Shown here: positions 63,622-64,000 of the stretch, one piece after another
How the letters are laid out: each line of letters opens with the position of its first letter
Numbering within the stretch: position 1 is the stretch's first letter
NCBI GenBank assembly: GCA_049890075.1
Contig: JBMHCE010000055.1
Span: forward strand, 9,435 to 73,434
Origin: Chitinophagales bacterium
Lineage (GTDB): Bacteria; Bacteroidota; Bacteroidia; Chitinophagales; UBA8649
Length of the DNA: 64,000 bases
Direction of reading: 5' to 3'
Program-made: the position numbers and the translations under genes
Notes under the pieces: generated by a model
Told to the model about the DNA's origin: nothing
Seen by the model: only the letters and a program-made list of their open reading frames with translations
The model's database searches: none

Positions 63622-64000
63622 TTTTCCCTGAATCAAATGTTGTTGGTAAAGCCTCTTCGTAGCTTATTCCGGCTAAAAATAGACCTTGTGGCGGAGCTGT
63701 CAATGATTTTGGGAGAGGTTTTCCATCCCTTAAGGCCGATTCCCAATCAGTTAGTGAAATTTTACCCAGTCCAAGGTCTGAAAGTCCACCAACTATTCGG
63801 CGAACCATATTATGTAAAAATCGTCGTGCGGTAATTGTAAACACTAATTCGTCAGCCTGCTTATCCCATTGCGCTTGAACGACTTGGCAATGATAGTGCT
63901 CTTGACTGTCATCTCGCTTACTCATCGCTTGAAAGTCATCATATTCCTTAAGCATCTCCGATCCTTCTTCTATGCTCGTCCAATTCCACTGGTCAAATGG
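63614..64000 (-). CDS. truA: tRNA pseudouridine(38-40) synthase, C-terminal part (start outside window)
   Basis: ARRFLHNMVRRIVG, TAPPQGLFL. Confidence 0.9.
   Translation of the reverse strand, partial: PFDQWNWTSIEEGSEMLKEYDDFQAMSKRDDSQEHYHCQVVQAQWDKQADELVFTITARRFLHNMVRRIVGGLSDLGLGKISLTDWESALRDGKPLPKSLTAPPQGLFLAGISYEEALPTTFDSGKNG

Overview
Bacteroidota chromosomal segment, probably a free-living or marine Flavobacteriales-like lineage. This is inferred from T9SS cargo proteins, porD, Bacteroidota-type rpoZ and TAnnTTTG promoters. The backbone is housekeeping: partial gyrB; fabI, recN, porD, coaB, coaC, rpoZ, bamD, dapA and accA; rpsU, pyrE, metK, pth, rplY, prs, lpdA, lolA-like, ftsK and pruA; ccmE, ccmF, a UbiA-family gene, maf, speB, an ABC exporter and partial truA. 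tRNA-Asp(GTC) and tRNA-Val(TAC) lie on the minus strand. Main points of interest: (1) a 1965-aa T9SS type-B cargo with three Reelin-subrepeat-like domains and a NIDO-like domain; (2) a full-length DEGS/DES1-like sphingolipid delta-4 desaturase with a native Bacteroidota promoter; (3) duplicated tRNA 3' ends at both tRNAs, bounding a ~1.45 kb integrase-less islet (VWA lipoprotein with T9SS CTD) and a 158-bp highly structured unit; (4) a histidine kinase whose periplasmic sensor module appears triplicated; (5) split coaB/coaC; (6) divergent pyrE and NUDIX genes sharing one CATG. No CRISPR, rRNA, transposase or integrase was seen. All family calls come from motif recognition by eye, not database searches.
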